This document shows, in pieces, positions 13,270 to 25,916 of a stretch of 64,000 bases of DNA; within the stretch, counting starts at the first letter, position 1; the number at the start of each line of letters is the position of its first letter. The stretch lies in contig NIVC01002311.1 in assembly GCA_002269645.1 (NCBI GenBank), forward strand, positions 1-64,000, read 5' to 3'. The notes below the pieces were generated by a model. The model did no database searches and was not told the DNA's origin. It saw only the letters and a program-made list of their open reading frames with translations. Origin of the DNA: Macrostomum lignano. Taxonomy: Eukaryota. A program made the position numbers and the translations under genes.

Positions 13270-13483
13270 CTGCAGCCAGAGACTCTTCTCTGAGCAGTCC
13301 TTGTGACCCTGCTCAACGCACTGATCGAATGTCATCTGCTGGGTGCGCTTATTTCGCATTCGTTTGCGCACCAGATGAGGCCGATAGTCGTCGCCAAAGC
13401 GTAGGAAATAAAAATATGATATTAGGCGTTCCAGCGGATCCCGGATGATGTTGATGTGCAGCGGTTGGAGTGGGGAGCCCAGC
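13270..13483 (-). CDS. HS2ST1: Heparan sulfate 2-O-sulfotransferase, exon 2
   Basis: cag|G acceptor, CAG|gtgaga donor; HINIIRDPLERLISYFYFLRFGDDYRP..TFDQCV..SLWLQ (3'-PAPS-binding motif); phases 2 and 0 match neighbouring exons. Confidence 0.95.
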
Positions 13484-13514
13484 CTGCGGCGATGTCATTG
13501 GGAAATGGGATTGT

Positions 13515-13795
13515 GTTTAGATGAGATTCTATTAATAATGGGTGAGATTCTATTCATAATGGGTGAGATTCTATTCATAATGGGTGAAATTCTAGTCATA
13601 ATGGGTGAGATTCTATTCATAATGGGTGAGATTCTATTAATAATGGGTGAGATTCTATTCATAATGGGTGAGATTCTATTTACAATGGGTGAGATTCTAT
13701 TCAAAATGGGTGAGATTCTATTCATAATGGGTGAGATTCTATTCATAATGGGTGAGATTCTATTCAAAATGGGTGAGATTCTATTCATAATGAAT
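13515..13795. repeat. 21-bp minisatellite in HS2ST intron 1
   Basis: Unit ATAATGGGTGAGATTCTATTC. Confidence 0.95.
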
Positions 13796-13874
13796 AAAAT
13801 TTAATGAGACGAGATGCAAAAGAATTCAAACTAGAGTCCAATGCATCTAAAAAATGCATCAGCCGACAATTCAC

Positions 13875-14296
13875 CTGCCAAAGTCCAGATAAGCGACGTG
13901 GCCGTGAACCATCATTGGCTGCATCTCTCGCCAACCAGTGAGATTGTGCACCAGAGCCGCCTGATTGGCCAGCGTCAGCACGTGCTGATTACGGCTGGTA
14001 CTAATGTGAATCACGTGAATCTGGTTTGACCAGCACAGATCGTACGCCATGTTAACAAAACTTGTGCTGCCAGTTTTAGGTACCCGATTGTAGACTATTA
14101 GACTTGGAATCGAACTTTTTGACTGTTGGATTGGCGAATTAAAGGTCTGTACAACTTGATGGGGCTGAGACTGAGGCTGCTCATCCAGACGATTTCGGCT
14201 AAGGGTCACGATGAGCAGCAGACAAATCAGGCAGACGGCTGCCACAGGCCAACGCTGTCGCCAAACGAATGAACAGAAACGAACCATAGACGGCAT
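13875..14296 (-). CDS. HS2ST1: Heparan sulfate 2-O-sulfotransferase, exon 1
   Basis: Type II TM anchor, then IVYNRVPKTGSTSF (5'-PAPS loop) and HGHVAYLDF; donor AG|gtgaat; full CDS 1188 nt (395 aa). Confidence 0.95.
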
Positions 14297-14519
14297 GATA
14301 TCGGCTTTGTTTGTTTACGTGCACAAATATCTACTTTCAGTGTTGCAACTGAATAGTAGTAGAATATGTAATAACTACTATTCAGCTGTTATTCACATCC
14401 ATGCAAAATTGAGAGAAATTTTATTACAAATATTTGTAAGCGACTGTCATTAGTATTAATCCTGTCATAAGACTATATAAATATTCCGAGTGTAAATGAT
14501 ATTATAATCCTATTAGAAT

Positions 14520-15330
14520 GGAATCGGCGCTAAAACTGTCACAGACTGTTGAATTCGGCGCTAAAACTATTAGAGACTGTTGGATTCGGCGCTAAAACTA
14601 TTAGAGACTGTTGGATTCGGCGCTAAAACTATCAGAGACTGTTGGATTCGGCGCTAAAACTATTAGAGACTGTTGGATTCAGCGCTAAAACTATTAGAGA
14701 CTGTTGGATTCGGCGCTAAAACTATCAGAGACTGTTGGATTCGGCGCTAAAACTATTAGAGACTGTTAGAATCGGCGATAAGACAGCCACACACTGTTGG
14801 AATCGGCGCTAAAACTATCAAACTTTTGGAATCGGTGCTAAAACTATCAGACTGTTGGAATCGGCGCTAAAACTATCAGAGACTGTTAGAATCGTCGATA
14901 AGACAGCCACACACTGTTGGATTCGGCGCTAAAACTATCAGACTGTTGGATTCGGTGCTAAAACTATCAGACTGTTGGATTCGGTGCTAAAACTATCAGA
15001 CTGTTGGAATCGGTGCTAAACTGTCAGAGACTGTTAGAATCGGCGCTAAAACTATCAGAGACTGTTGGATTCGGCGCTAAAACTATTAGAGACTGTTAGA
15101 ATCGGCGCTAAAACTATCAGAGACTGTTAGAATCGGCGCTAAAACTATTAGAGACTGTTAGAATCGGCGCTAAAACTGTTAGAGACTGTTAGAATCGGCG
15201 CTAAAACTGACAGGCCGTTGGATTCGGCGCTAAAACTATCAGACTGTTGGAATTGGCGCTAAAACAGCCACACACTGTTGGAATCGGCGCTAAAACAGCC
15301 AGACTGTTGGAATCGGCGCTAAAACTGTTA
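14520..15330. repeat. ~29-31-bp minisatellite between SPSB3-like and HS2ST
   Basis: Unit GGATTCGGCGCTAAAACTATCAGAGACTGTT with variants. Confidence 0.95.
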
Positions 15331-15635
15331 TGAACCGTGGGTTTAGTTTTCTAGACTAATATTTAAGGTGCTGTAGATGTTTATGAAAGTAACAATGAAC
15401 AAAATAACTGGAACTTGCAGCTAACTGCACTGTTAATATATTAACAAGCTGCACTATTTTAACATAAAATTAACACAGACAACAAAAAACCTGTTGTAGG
15501 GATACTTGCAACAGCATCGCAAACATATTAACACAAGGAGCAACTAAGCAGAAATAAATACAAACAAGCCCGTTGGGAATCACAGTAAAAGCCAGCGGCA
15601 ATCAAGAGTATTCGATGCTAGTCTTAACTCAGTGC

Positions 15636-15795
15636 CTATGCTAAAGCTGATCCCGGCCCAGCAGCATCATCATCTTCATCTAACCGTCGCCGCTTTGAAA
15701 CCGACGCAGTGCCGGATTCGGCGTCAATGTCATCTTCGACATCGTCGTTGGAAGTAGACGCGGCAGCTGTGGATCTTGCTGATGGACCATTGTGC
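15636..15795 (-). CDS. SPSB3: SPSB3-like, last exon (acidic tail with KRRR)
   Basis: ttgcag|G acceptor phase 2; HNGPSARSTAAASTSNDDVEDDIDAESGTASVSKRRRLDEDDDAAGPGSALA*; phase fits the preceding exon. Confidence 0.65.
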
Positions 15796-15929
15796 CTGCA
15801 AGTTGAAGCGCGGATGATGTATTGTTAAAAGATAATAGACACATTAACCATCGGATCGGCTTTTTCTGCTTCTACTCAGTCTGCTTCATTGGCCTCGTCA
15901 TGTCCAAATCCACCATCGATAGCTCAGCT

Positions 15930-16685
15930 ATCCAATCCACCCCACCGTTAGCTTAGCTACTCCAATCCACCCCATAGCTACCCCAATCCTCCCCTTAGCT
16001 ACCCCATCCACCCATAGCTACCCCAATCCACCCATAGCTACCCCATCCACCCATAGCTACCCCATCCACCCATAGCTACCCCATCCACCCATAGCTACCC
16101 CATCCACCCATAGCTACCCCAATCCTCCCCATAGCTACCCCAATCCTCCCCTTAGCTACCCCATCCACCCATAGCTACCCCAATCCACCCATAGCTACCC
16201 CATCCACCCATAGCTACCCCATCCACCCATAGCTACCCCAATCCTCCCCATAGCTACCCCAATCCTCCCCTTAGCTACCCCATCCACCCATAGCTACCCC
16301 AATCCACCCATAGCTACCCCATCCACCCATAGCTACCCCATCCACCCATAGCTACCCCAATCCTCCCCTTAGCTACCCCATCCACCCATAGCTACCCCAT
16401 CCACCCATAGCTACCCCATAGCTACCCCAATCCTCCCCTTAGCTACCCCAATCCACCCTATAGCTACCCCTAATCCACCCCATAGCTACCCCAATCCACC
16501 CATAGCTACCCCTAATCCACCCATAGCTACCCCATCCACCCCACAGCTACTCAGTCCACCCCATAGCTACCCATCCACCCATAGCTACCCCATCCACCCC
16601 ACAGCTACCCAGTCCACCCCATAGCTACCCCATCCACCCATAGCTACCCCAATCCACCCCACAGCTACCCCAATCCACCCCATTG
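15930..16685. repeat. 19/20-bp minisatellite filling an SPSB3-like intron
   Basis: Unit CCCATCCACCCATAGCTAC. Confidence 0.95.
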
Positions 16686-16690
16686 CTCAC

Positions 16691-17038
16691 CTGTACGCAG
16701 GCCATATAAGGTAGGGCAGGTTGTTAGTAAGCAGGCTGACCAAGCCAGGCGGCAGTGTCAAGGCCTCTGTAACGCAGAGCCTATCCGGTATGAGATGTCG
16801 CAGAGCCCTGCAGCTAAGCGCCTGCAGAGTGATTGGCAGACTAAGCGCCCGGATTAGTTTAACGCCACTCTTAGCCGCCGTGCTGCACACGGCCGGATAC
16901 ATTGGCGCCTTGAGACCGCGAGCGGCCACGCCAAGGCACTGGCGATTTAGAAAATAGGTAAGGGTGCCGTGCCAGAGGTCCAGGAGGAGGCCAACAATGG
17001 CGCCTTGGCCGAATGGTCTGCAGAATTCGCGTTTTTGC
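16691..17038 (-). CDS. SPSB3: SPSB3-like, exon with SPRY C-terminus and SOCS box
   Basis: FGQGAIVGLLLDLWHGTLTYFLNRQCLGVA..YPAVCSTAAKS..TLQALSCRALR..LTLPPGL parallels SPSB3; cag|G and AG|gtgagc splice sites. Confidence 0.9.
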
Positions 17039-17129
17039 CTGAGGCGCGATTTCAAGAGGATAGGGGAGTTCTTTTCATTTGTTTCGAGGCGCAAAACTGG
17101 GTTTAGGATACTTGAACACTTGCATATAT

Positions 17130-17870
17130 GGCGCCAAAATGAGTAGCAGTTGGCGCTAAAATGAGTACTAGGGAGCTGCCAAAATTGGTACAGGGAGCCG
17201 CCAAAATGAGTACCAGGAAGCTGCCATAATGAGTACCAGAGAGGCGCCAAAATGAGCACCAGAAAGCTGCCAAAATGAGTACCAGAGAGCTGCCAAAATG
17301 AGTACCAGAGAGCTGCCAAAATGAGTACCACAGAGCTGCCAAAATGAGTACCAGAGAGCTGCCAAAATGAGTACCAGAGAGCTGCCAAAATGAGTACCAG
17401 AGAGGCGCCAAAATAAACCCCAGAGAGGCGCCAAAATGAGCACCAGAGAGGCGCCAAAATGAACACCAGAGAGGCGCCAAAATGAGCACCAGAGAGGCGC
17501 CAAAATGAGCACCAGAGAGGCGCCAAAATGAACACCAGAGAGGCGCCAAAATGAGTACCAGGGAGGCGCCAAAATGAGCAACAGAGAGGCGCCAAAATGA
17601 GCACTAGAGAGGCGCCAAAATGAGTACCAGGGAGCCGCCAAAATGAGCACCAGAGAGGCGCCAAAATGAGCACCAGAGAGGCGCCAAAATGAACACCAGA
17701 GAGGCGCCAAAATGAGTACCAGGGAGGCGCCAAAATGAGTACCAGGGAGCCGCCAAAATGAGTACCAGGAGGCGCCAAAATTAGTGACAAGAAGACGCCA
17801 AAATTAGCACCAGAGAGGCGCCAAAATGAGCACCAGAGAGGCGTCAAAATGAGTACCAGGGAGCCGCCAA
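17130..17870. repeat. 24-bp minisatellite filling an SPSB3-like intron
   Basis: Unit GGCGCCAAAATGAGCACCAGAGA(G); explains the long stop-free W/F/L ORFs. Confidence 0.95.
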
Positions 17871-18016
17871 GCTTGTTACTTAGACACAAAATATCGCCTG
17901 TAAAACATTATCAACTGTATATGAATATTTTTATTTCTTAATCGAGGAAGGAGACAAGCTAGGCATACACGCTCTGACACAATTATTTATGAAAGAAAAG
18001 AAAAACAAATCCTCAC

Positions 18017-18738
18017 TGATTCTGTTGAAAGTAGCCATTATAGGACAGTCCCATCGAGTCGGGTCCCAATCCCAGTAGGGATACGAATGCGCTATGATGA
18101 CTGCGCGGCTCGAATCCTGTCGAGCAGACGCCGGCCATAATATCGGTGCCATAAACCGGGCTGACAAATTTCAATTCCCAATAATGCAAGCCGTCTATTA
18201 GTGGCCGGTTGCCAACCGCTGCCGCGGTGCCTCGGCTAAACAGCGGATGAAAGCTGACGATCCGGCCGCAGCTGGACAGGGCACAGTCGGCGGCCTCCGG
18301 CTCTGCCCAGGACCAATCGGCGTCGCTATTATCGTGCCGACTACCGCCGTCGCCGACTGTCGATGCCGACAACTCTTCGCCGCAGGCGCAATGAATCCAA
18401 GTCAAAGATCTGGCACCGCCGCCGTTGGCTCGGGGACAGTTGCAGAACGACTCGGTGTCTCTGCGCGGTTTGTACAGTTCGGACAGGCCGCCGCCCTGGG
18501 CGCTGATGGCTGCGGTTCGGCGATGCTGTTGAAGATGATGACGGAGTCTGAGATGGCGCCGAGGCGACTCACCACTGTTGCTGCTTCTGTCATCATCGTC
18601 TAGGAGGGTGAGCCTCAGCTGCTCGCCAGCGGCCGACTGCTGAGGCTGATGATCAGCGCCAGTGTAGCCATCGCTGCTGATGCTGCTACTGCTGCTGTTA
18701 CTACTGTCAGCAGTAGTGCTGTTGTCTGGTGCTGTTGC
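18017..18738 (-). CDS. SPSB3: SPSB3-like, large internal exon (low-complexity N-terminus plus SPRY N-terminus)
   Basis: ttcag|GCA acceptor; open frame through ESFCNC..CACGEE..WSW..VSFHPLFSRGTAA..HYWELKFVSPVYGTDIMAG..SLLG..SMGLSYNG; donor CA|gtgagg; upstream ATG exon not identified. Confidence 0.9.
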
Positions 18739-18904
18739 CTGAAATTATTTTTGTCATTTTCTAACTAATACATTAGAAAATATATATAAAATAAAACCAA
18801 TTACTTTAAGGGATTAGTTTAAGGGGAAGCCTCTCTATCCGGCTCTCAGGTCCTTTAGAACTTCACAATAGCATACTGGCCTGCTTAAGGTTTATGACAC
18901 TTCT

Positions 18905-19085
18905 CTGCTCTCTCTCTGATCTCATATCTTGTCTTTTCTCTCTTCTATCCCTTCTCTCCTCCCCTTCTCTCTTTTTTCCTCTCTTACCATATTTCATCTC
19001 TTCTCTTCTCTTGTCTCATATCTTCTCTTTAATTCCTTTGCCTCTCATTTCTCCATCTCTCTTCCCTTGATATCTCTTCTTGTTC
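18905..19085. repeat. CT-rich low-complexity tract
   Basis: Polypyrimidine TCTC-type sequence. Confidence 0.8.
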
Positions 19086-19144
19086 CCTTCTCTGACTCGC
19101 AGTCACGCGCTGGATTCTCTATCTGGCCCTTAAGGTAAAAAACG

Positions 19145-19330
19145 TTTGCCACTCACTGGGTGAAAGCATCGGACTGACAACTGAAAGGTCGGTGGTTCGA
19201 TTCCCGATCCCACTAGAGCAATTTGTATACTTGAGCAAGAACTATTATGCATTGCTTCAGTTCACCCAGCTGTAACTGAGGGTGTGTGGCGATCCTCCAG
19301 TCCTCAGACTGAACTGCCATATGCAGCCTT
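19145..19330 (+). mobile_element. tRNA-derived SINE copy
   Basis: tRNA-like head with B-box GGTTCGATTCC, then TTGAGCAAGA..GTTCACCCAGCTGTAA core shared with 7625-7755. Confidence 0.7.
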
Positions 19331-19654
19331 CAGATGCGCCACACAATAGCTGAGGCTGAGCTGTCAGTTGCACATCTGGCTCAATTAGGGCCAATCTATA
19401 TATTATTTTTTATATATTGTTAATATAGAAAGAAGCCACAGTTTTGCATTTGACTAATTATGCTATGGATGGCCCTTAATATGGCAAAACACTACTTTTG
19501 TACATCTTTTGAAAAATAATAATAATATATTAATATGGTATAAAAATAACAAAATTAAGAGCATCCTCTTTGGGAAAAGGAGACATCCTTTTTTGCTATA
19601 TCATCAATTTCTTTAGAAAAAAATTTTTAATTATTTTTTGGATGTTATCCTTTT

Positions 19655-20260
19655 ATCTCTACATATAAAAATCAAAACTCTGTCTGTCTGTGTGTCTGTG
19701 TGTGGACAATTTTGATCGCTATGGACTCCCAAACCGCTCAACCAAATTACACCAAACTTTACACCCACCCTAAACTTACTACGGAGAATGTCTTAGGCTA
19801 CCTTTAAATTTCCTAGACTCAAGTCTTCCTACCTAAAAGTACAAAAAACTGCTCAAAATGAGCGATTTTTTCACTTAATCCTCCATAGCGCCGCTCCACT
19901 TCTACTGATTCTCTTCAAATTTGACACAGATAATCTTAAACTATTTTGGCACAATCATGTAAAATTTTGAGTCTCAAAGTTAATCCTGAGCGGTGCTGTG
20001 CACTTTTAAAGTTAGGCTGTTTTTTTCAGCGTAGCAACCACCCCAACCTCCGCCCGCCTGCCTCTCTTTCCCGATCTGGGCAAAGGGTGTAAATGGGTTT
20101 TAAAATTACTAACTTTCGGCTGCCATAAGTTTGCTCCACGTGAAGCGATTGACTTCTAACTTAACACAATTCTTCTTTGATTCATTCTCTGTCTAAATGT
20201 AAAGTCTCAACTCTGTATCTCAAACAGGACGCAAACTGTAAGCATGTGAAGTTTTTCTGC
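19655..20260 (+). mobile_element. Possible non-autonomous Helitron-like repeat
   Basis: TCTACATATAAAA-(TCTG)n..ACCGCTCAACCAAATTACACCAAACTT head typical of small Helitron-derived repeats; 3' end not defined. Confidence 0.35.
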
Positions 20261-20894
20261 TTTTTCTGTTGTTTGTGCCGCTCACTCATTCATTCACCCA
20301 GCTCAGACGAAGGGTCAGGCGATAGGGCTCAATGTACATAGCGAGTGTACAGTGTTTTGGAATAACTTTTTAATAGCCTTCTCTGTACCCCGCGACTGCG
20401 ATTAGAGAGGCGTGGAGAGGAGAGACAGTTTAGCGAGAGATTAAAACCACTGTCCTCTGTATAGACAAGTCTGCAGCAGTTTAACAGTGGATGGCAAATC
20501 AAAAGTCAAGACAAAGTGGGATGGTTTGTAAAAATAGCGAAAAATTAATGAATAACTGATTACAATGCAATCCTACTAAATTAGTTAGTTACAGCATGAA
20601 GCTTCTAACATTAAGTTTCGCATAAGGTAACTTAAATATTTAAATGGCTCCTAAGAAATGCGTATTTCCTTGGTTGTTAGACTACTGCAGACTGTGGTGG
20701 TGGAGCTGGAGAATGGAGATATATTCGATACAAATTCCTCTCAGGGCTGCTAATTGGCCAGAAAGATGACGTGATTAAAGCATGAGAAATGATAACAACC
20801 ATGATAGTACTACGTCCCACAAACTGGCTTTTGAAGACAGATTTTAATCTCAAAGGCCAGATAAAGAATCCAGCTCATGGGCCATGGCTGCAGG

Positions 20895-21251
20895 TTAGAT
20901 GAGAGTGAAAAGGAAAAGGAAGACAGAAAGGGAGGAGGGGCGAGAGGGGGTAAGAGAAAAGATAGAAGATAACAGGAGAGACGAGGGTGTTGAGGAAAGA
21001 ACAGAATATGGGACGAAGAAGCGAGAGGAGGGGAAAGAGAAGGGAGAGGAAATAGTAGAGGTGAGAAGATGGAGAGAGAAGAGGGGAGAGATGAGACAGA
21101 AGATCGATTAGAGAGGAGAGTAGAGAAGAGTGAGAAGGGATGAGAGAACAGAGGTAGATGTGAGAGGATCGAGAGGAGAGATTAGAAAGGATAGAGAAGA
21201 GAGGAGATAAGAGGGGGGGAAAGAGGAGTGAGAAGAGGAGATAAGATATGA

Positions 21252-21286
<35 letters not shown>

Positions 21287-22380
21287 AAGAGAGAGAGAGA
21301 CCGGGGGGAGTGGGAAGATGAGATAAGAGAGAGAGTTGAGAGGAGAAAGGAGAAATGATAGAGTTAAGGGAAAAGGAGGAGAGAGGAAAGAGATGGGAGA
21401 GATGAAAGAAAAGATGATCAAGAGAATAGAGATGAGAGATGAAGGAAGAGAAAGCAGAGTGCAGAGAGACGAGAGAAGAGAATAGAGGGGAGAGAGTATA
21501 GAAGAGGGAAGAAAAGAGAGGAGTAAGGAAAGAGAAGAGTACACAGTAGAGAGGAGAGTAGAGTTGACAGAAGAGAGACCGGAATGAGAGAGCGAAGATG
21601 AGAGTGAACAGACAATATAAGAGAGGAGAGAGGAGAGTGAGAGAGAAGAGAGAAGACAAGAGAGGGAGAGAGTATAGAAGAGAGAAGAGAAGAGACGAGA
21701 AGAAAGAAGAAAGGATCGAGTCCTCCTGAGTCAAAAAAGGGGAAAGAGAGGAGTACAAGGGGAGAGAGGTGAGAGAACATATGAGAGTAAAGATGACAGA
21801 TGAGAGAGGGGAGATGAGAGAGCAGAAACGAGAGTGAACAGACGAGAGATGGGAGAGTAGAGAGAAAAGAGGAGAGATAAGAAATAAGAGATAAAAGGTG
21901 GAGACAAAGGAGAGATGAGAAGGGAGTGAGGAGAGAGGAGGGGAAGGGGAGAGAATCGAGAGGACGGGGGAAATTGGTGAAAAGGACGAGAGAGAGGAGA
22001 GGAAAGAGGGGAGAGAAGAGAGAGAAGAGAGATAGGATAGGAGAGAGCAGAGAGATGAGAGGAGAGAGTGGACAGAGAAGAGGAAAGAGTTGAGAGTAGA
22101 GAGGAAAAAGGAGAGAGTAGAGATAAGGAAAGTGTTGAGAGAGGGTAGAGTAAGGAGTGAGAAGAGAGGTGAGGGAAGAGAGAGCAGAGAGCAGAGAGAA
22201 ATGAGAAAAGATAAAACAGGAGAAAGGAGATATGAGAGACCAGAGACCAGAGCGAAGAGAGGAGAAGAGAGAGAAAAGAATAGAGGGGAGCGGGAAGAGA
22301 CGAGAGAGGAGAGAAGAAAGAAGAGATAAGAGGGGAGAGAGAGAAGAGACGAGAGAGAAGATAGGAAACAGAAAAGAAGA
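20895..22380. repeat. AG-rich low-complexity tract (1.5 kb)
   Basis: Purine-only GAGA/AGAG mosaic; source of the S/L/F and E/R/K spurious ORFs. Confidence 0.95.
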
Positions 22381-23321
22381 TGGAAGTTTCAAAGGATGCA
22401 AAGGACATAGGGAGAGGCAGAGGTATGTAGAGGCCAGAGTTTGCCTGACATTCTGCGCAGCACCCCAGCCAACAATATCAATGTTTGCCTCAAATCCTAA
22501 TTTTACTTGAATGTGCACTATTTTATGTTTAACTCTATCCTAACTATTAACAAGGGAACAAGTTTTTGTTTGAGTTTTACCTCAGATTTTAGAATACATG
22601 CAAAAATAATTCTGGGGAATGGAGTTCCCCGGGTTCAAAATCCGCGGGTTTCAACAGCTTGTATTTTATATTTGAGACCTAGGATGACTTTTTAGACTTT
22701 GCTACTAAGGCTTTTTGGCTATGTTGGTTATATTATTAAATTTACTTAATAGCAGTCTGCACCCCTTATTAGGAAGGCAACAAAGAAATAAATATATATT
22801 TTCAAAAAACTACTGTAGCTTTAAACCTTATATAGTCACTAACATTAGTATCATTATATTATTTGCTTTTACTTAGCATTTTAGCAATTCCCTCCTTCTA
22901 AGCCTTGATATATATCAAAGCAGTGCTCTATCCTATATTAGCTCGTATAAGCATTGATAACTTAGCAATTCCTAAATAAATATATAATGTTTAATAAGGC
23001 AATTATTTTATGGTTTAACCCTCCTAACCCTGCTGAAAGTCACAACATTTTAGCCATTTCCCTAATAAGATAAAGCATGCCAGCTATTCCCAATGAGCTT
23101 CAAGCCACAAAAATTTAGATATTACCCTTATATGCCCTAACAACTTAACAGTTTAGCATTTTAGCAAATCCCTTAATGATTCTTCATATTTTAGTAATTC
23201 TTTATAATACAATTTAGCCAATAAACTAGTAATTAATAAAAAGCCTATTGTGGTACAAAATTTATGAAACAAAAAACAAGAGCCAGCTTTTGCTCTACAA
23301 TGATCACTATTAATTTTATAA

Positions 23322-23669
23322 AGGGCCTGTCAACTTAAGCTCATAAAGTGGAGCCTGAGTAACCTATATACACAAATGATATATCATTCTGATCACAGTG
23401 ACACCAGAAAGTAGTGTTTGGCAAAAATGTGACTAAAATTGGACTTGGGATAGGGGAGAACAAGCAAGGGGATAATTATAGGGACTCTACTTTATGAGCT
23501 TAAGTTGATATATAATAGTCTGGTAGTCCCTTATTTATTTACAAGTCTAATATTTGTTGCTTTTTGCCAAACCCTGTTTCCTAGTGTCACTGTGAGCAGA
23601 AAGATATATCATTTGTATATTTAGGTTACTTATTAGGCTCCACTTTATGAGCTTAAGTTGATAGGCCCT
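23322..23669. mobile_element. MITE with ~100-bp inverted arms
   Basis: AGGGCCTGTCAACTTAAGCTCATAAAGTGGAGCCT..TTTGGCAAAAA inverted against TTTTTGCCAAA..AGGCTCCACTTTATGAGCTTAAGTTGATAGGCCCT. Confidence 0.75.
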
Positions 23670-25545
23670 TTTATAATAAAAATTTTACTTGACCTTTAGC
23701 TGTGCAAAAAAGCATGTTTCTATATAAAACCTAATCTTCCTAGCAATTAGCATTGTACATTTTTAGGCCTATCCTCAATAATACATTTCTGATGCAAATT
23801 ACAAGATCCATGGTGTGGTTGAAGTATAGTTCATAATGTACTAATTCTAAAAAAATTCTAATTCAACAATGACAATCTTTTAAAAAATGATAGCCATTTT
23901 TATGAAATCAATTACATAGACATAGGTCATAGATAAGCCCTAAGCAAACTATTTGTTATAGTATAATTAATTGATTATACTATATTTATGCTAGGCCTAG
24001 CTGGTTAGCTAGTTAAATAATAATAGTAACAATAGGCTTTTTAGAAAGAACCAATCAAAAAGGTGATTGAATACAGGCCTAGTGTCCTTATAAACCATAG
24101 TCCTAATTATACACTGTGCACAAAGAATTTTCTTTGCTCTATATGCAGCATGTGGGAGGGTTGGATCAAATCTACCCCAAGTGTATGCCAATGAACCCAG
24201 GAATGGAAAGGGTTGTAGGTTGGGGTGCTTTTTTATGTTGCAACTATATAGCTTTTTGTGTTTTAAATTTTATGTGAGACTGCAAATAAACAATGCTTAT
24301 AGAAATGCTCTTTTGTTTGCAACCCAAATACATTTACTTGCTTTTCAGTTATTAAATTATCCATGTCTCTTAAAATTTACATACAATACTTTCTTCAAAA
24401 ATGATAAGCATTGTATCATAGCTTTGATAATCAGATTTTCTAATCATGGCATAGCTTTGACTATGGTGCTATGCATTTTTACCTTTTTATATATTGTGCT
24501 ACTGTAGAAAGCATACCAAAAAACTTTGCCAACTCCTTGATGCACACTGTGCATGTGGTATTAGACTGCCTGGAACCTTGTTTTTCTCTTAAAAATAGCA
24601 TCTTCAGGAGTATAGTCTATAAATAAGAAACATATTGGCACTAGTGCAGTTTTGTATACGAAATTATTTTTCTTTTGAATTTAGCTAAACAAATAATTTT
24701 TATTTCATTTTTTATTCCTAAGAGTGCAAAGAACTATTGTAACATGCAAAACATTTGTTGGTTTGTTTTTATAACAATAAATGTAACTATAAACTAGGAA
24801 AGGAGTTTGTAGTTTAGTATATATATAGTTACAGATCAATTGTTATTTATCTTTTTGCTTTACAAAAAATATAAAAGTAGAAAATGCTTTCTGCTGACTG
24901 CTATTCCTTTCCTACATAGGAATTATTAGATACTATCCCTTTGGGCCATAGTCAATTTATAAGGTATAGAGTAGACTTCTTTGCTATATAAGCATTGTCT
25001 TTCAAATCATTGATTCAGATCCTTTGCACTGGTACAAATTTAAATGAAAAATAATTTCATAAAATATTGCCAACTGATATGACCATGATGTTAAAAGTCA
25101 TTAGTATTATCAATTATTGGAACTAGCATAAATTCAAAGAAAATTAATTTTTCAGATGAAGCCACACTATAGTGCCAACATATAAATTACACATATTAGA
25201 GCTGTCACGAGATCTCGACAAGACAAGATTCAAGACAAGATCTCGACATTTTTTCTCGTCTCGAGAAATCTCGAATTTTGTCAAGAAATTCAAGACAAGA
25301 TTCAAGAATTTTTCTGATACCTTTTTTCAAAAGCTTTTAAGGGATAAGATATAAAAAGGGGAGCAAATTTTTATATAAATACAACTATTTGTTGTAACAT
25401 GCTTCATAGGGCAATTTTCAAATGGTAAAATCTACCCAATGTCGAGCAGTTTTAGTTATTTAATGAACATTGTTATATACGAGTTTGTATGGCATATGCA
25501 CTCTTTTAGTTATCATTTCAGTTCTGCGGCAAGGTGTATCATAGC

Positions 25546-25860
25546 AGACTTGACATACATGCGCAACAGTCGGCCGAGTCGGCCGATCCGGCCGACTGAT
25601 TTGGTGACCAACCAAGGAAGTCGCAAAAATGCCCACCCGAAAAAATACCTAAGTAGTAGTACTAAGTAGCTGACGAGGCATTTTGGGTTAATAAGACAGT
25701 CATAGTTACTCCTGCCGTTTACCCAAAGTTGCGTTAATTTTGCTTTAGGGTTTTTTTTACATGTAAGTCGCATTTCTGGCCAAAAACTATGTCGCATTTT
25801 TGTTAAAACTAAGTCGCACGGCCCACCGAATTTTGGAGGTTGCGCATGTATGAGACTTGA
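25546..25860. mobile_element. Small MITE nested in the hAT-like element
   Basis: 14-bp perfect inverted core CATACATGCGCAAC / GTTGCGCATGTATG; internal AAGTCGCA repeats. Confidence 0.5.
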
Positions 25861-25916
25861 AGACAATCTACATAGGTCTTTTGACGAATTAGTACCAGAC
25901 TTTGTACTAGTAAGTA

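Noticed and set aside
12582-13804. Repetitive ORFs (DGESGVS, MGEILFI, RWGIRCF)
   Set aside because: 21-bp intronic minisatellites in HS2ST
16687-17889. 400-aa ORF as a single gene
   Set aside because: Only the last ~115 codons are the SPSB3-like exon; the rest is a stop-free 24-bp intronic repeat, and retaining the intron hits TGA right after the upstream donor
20810-22500. Possible plus-strand spliced 55-aa ORF flanking the AG tract
   Set aside because: Splice sites are plausible, but the peptide has no recognisable features and the other frames are full of stops
20899-22518. Long S/L/F-rich and E/R/K-rich ORFs
   Set aside because: AG/CT low-complexity DNA
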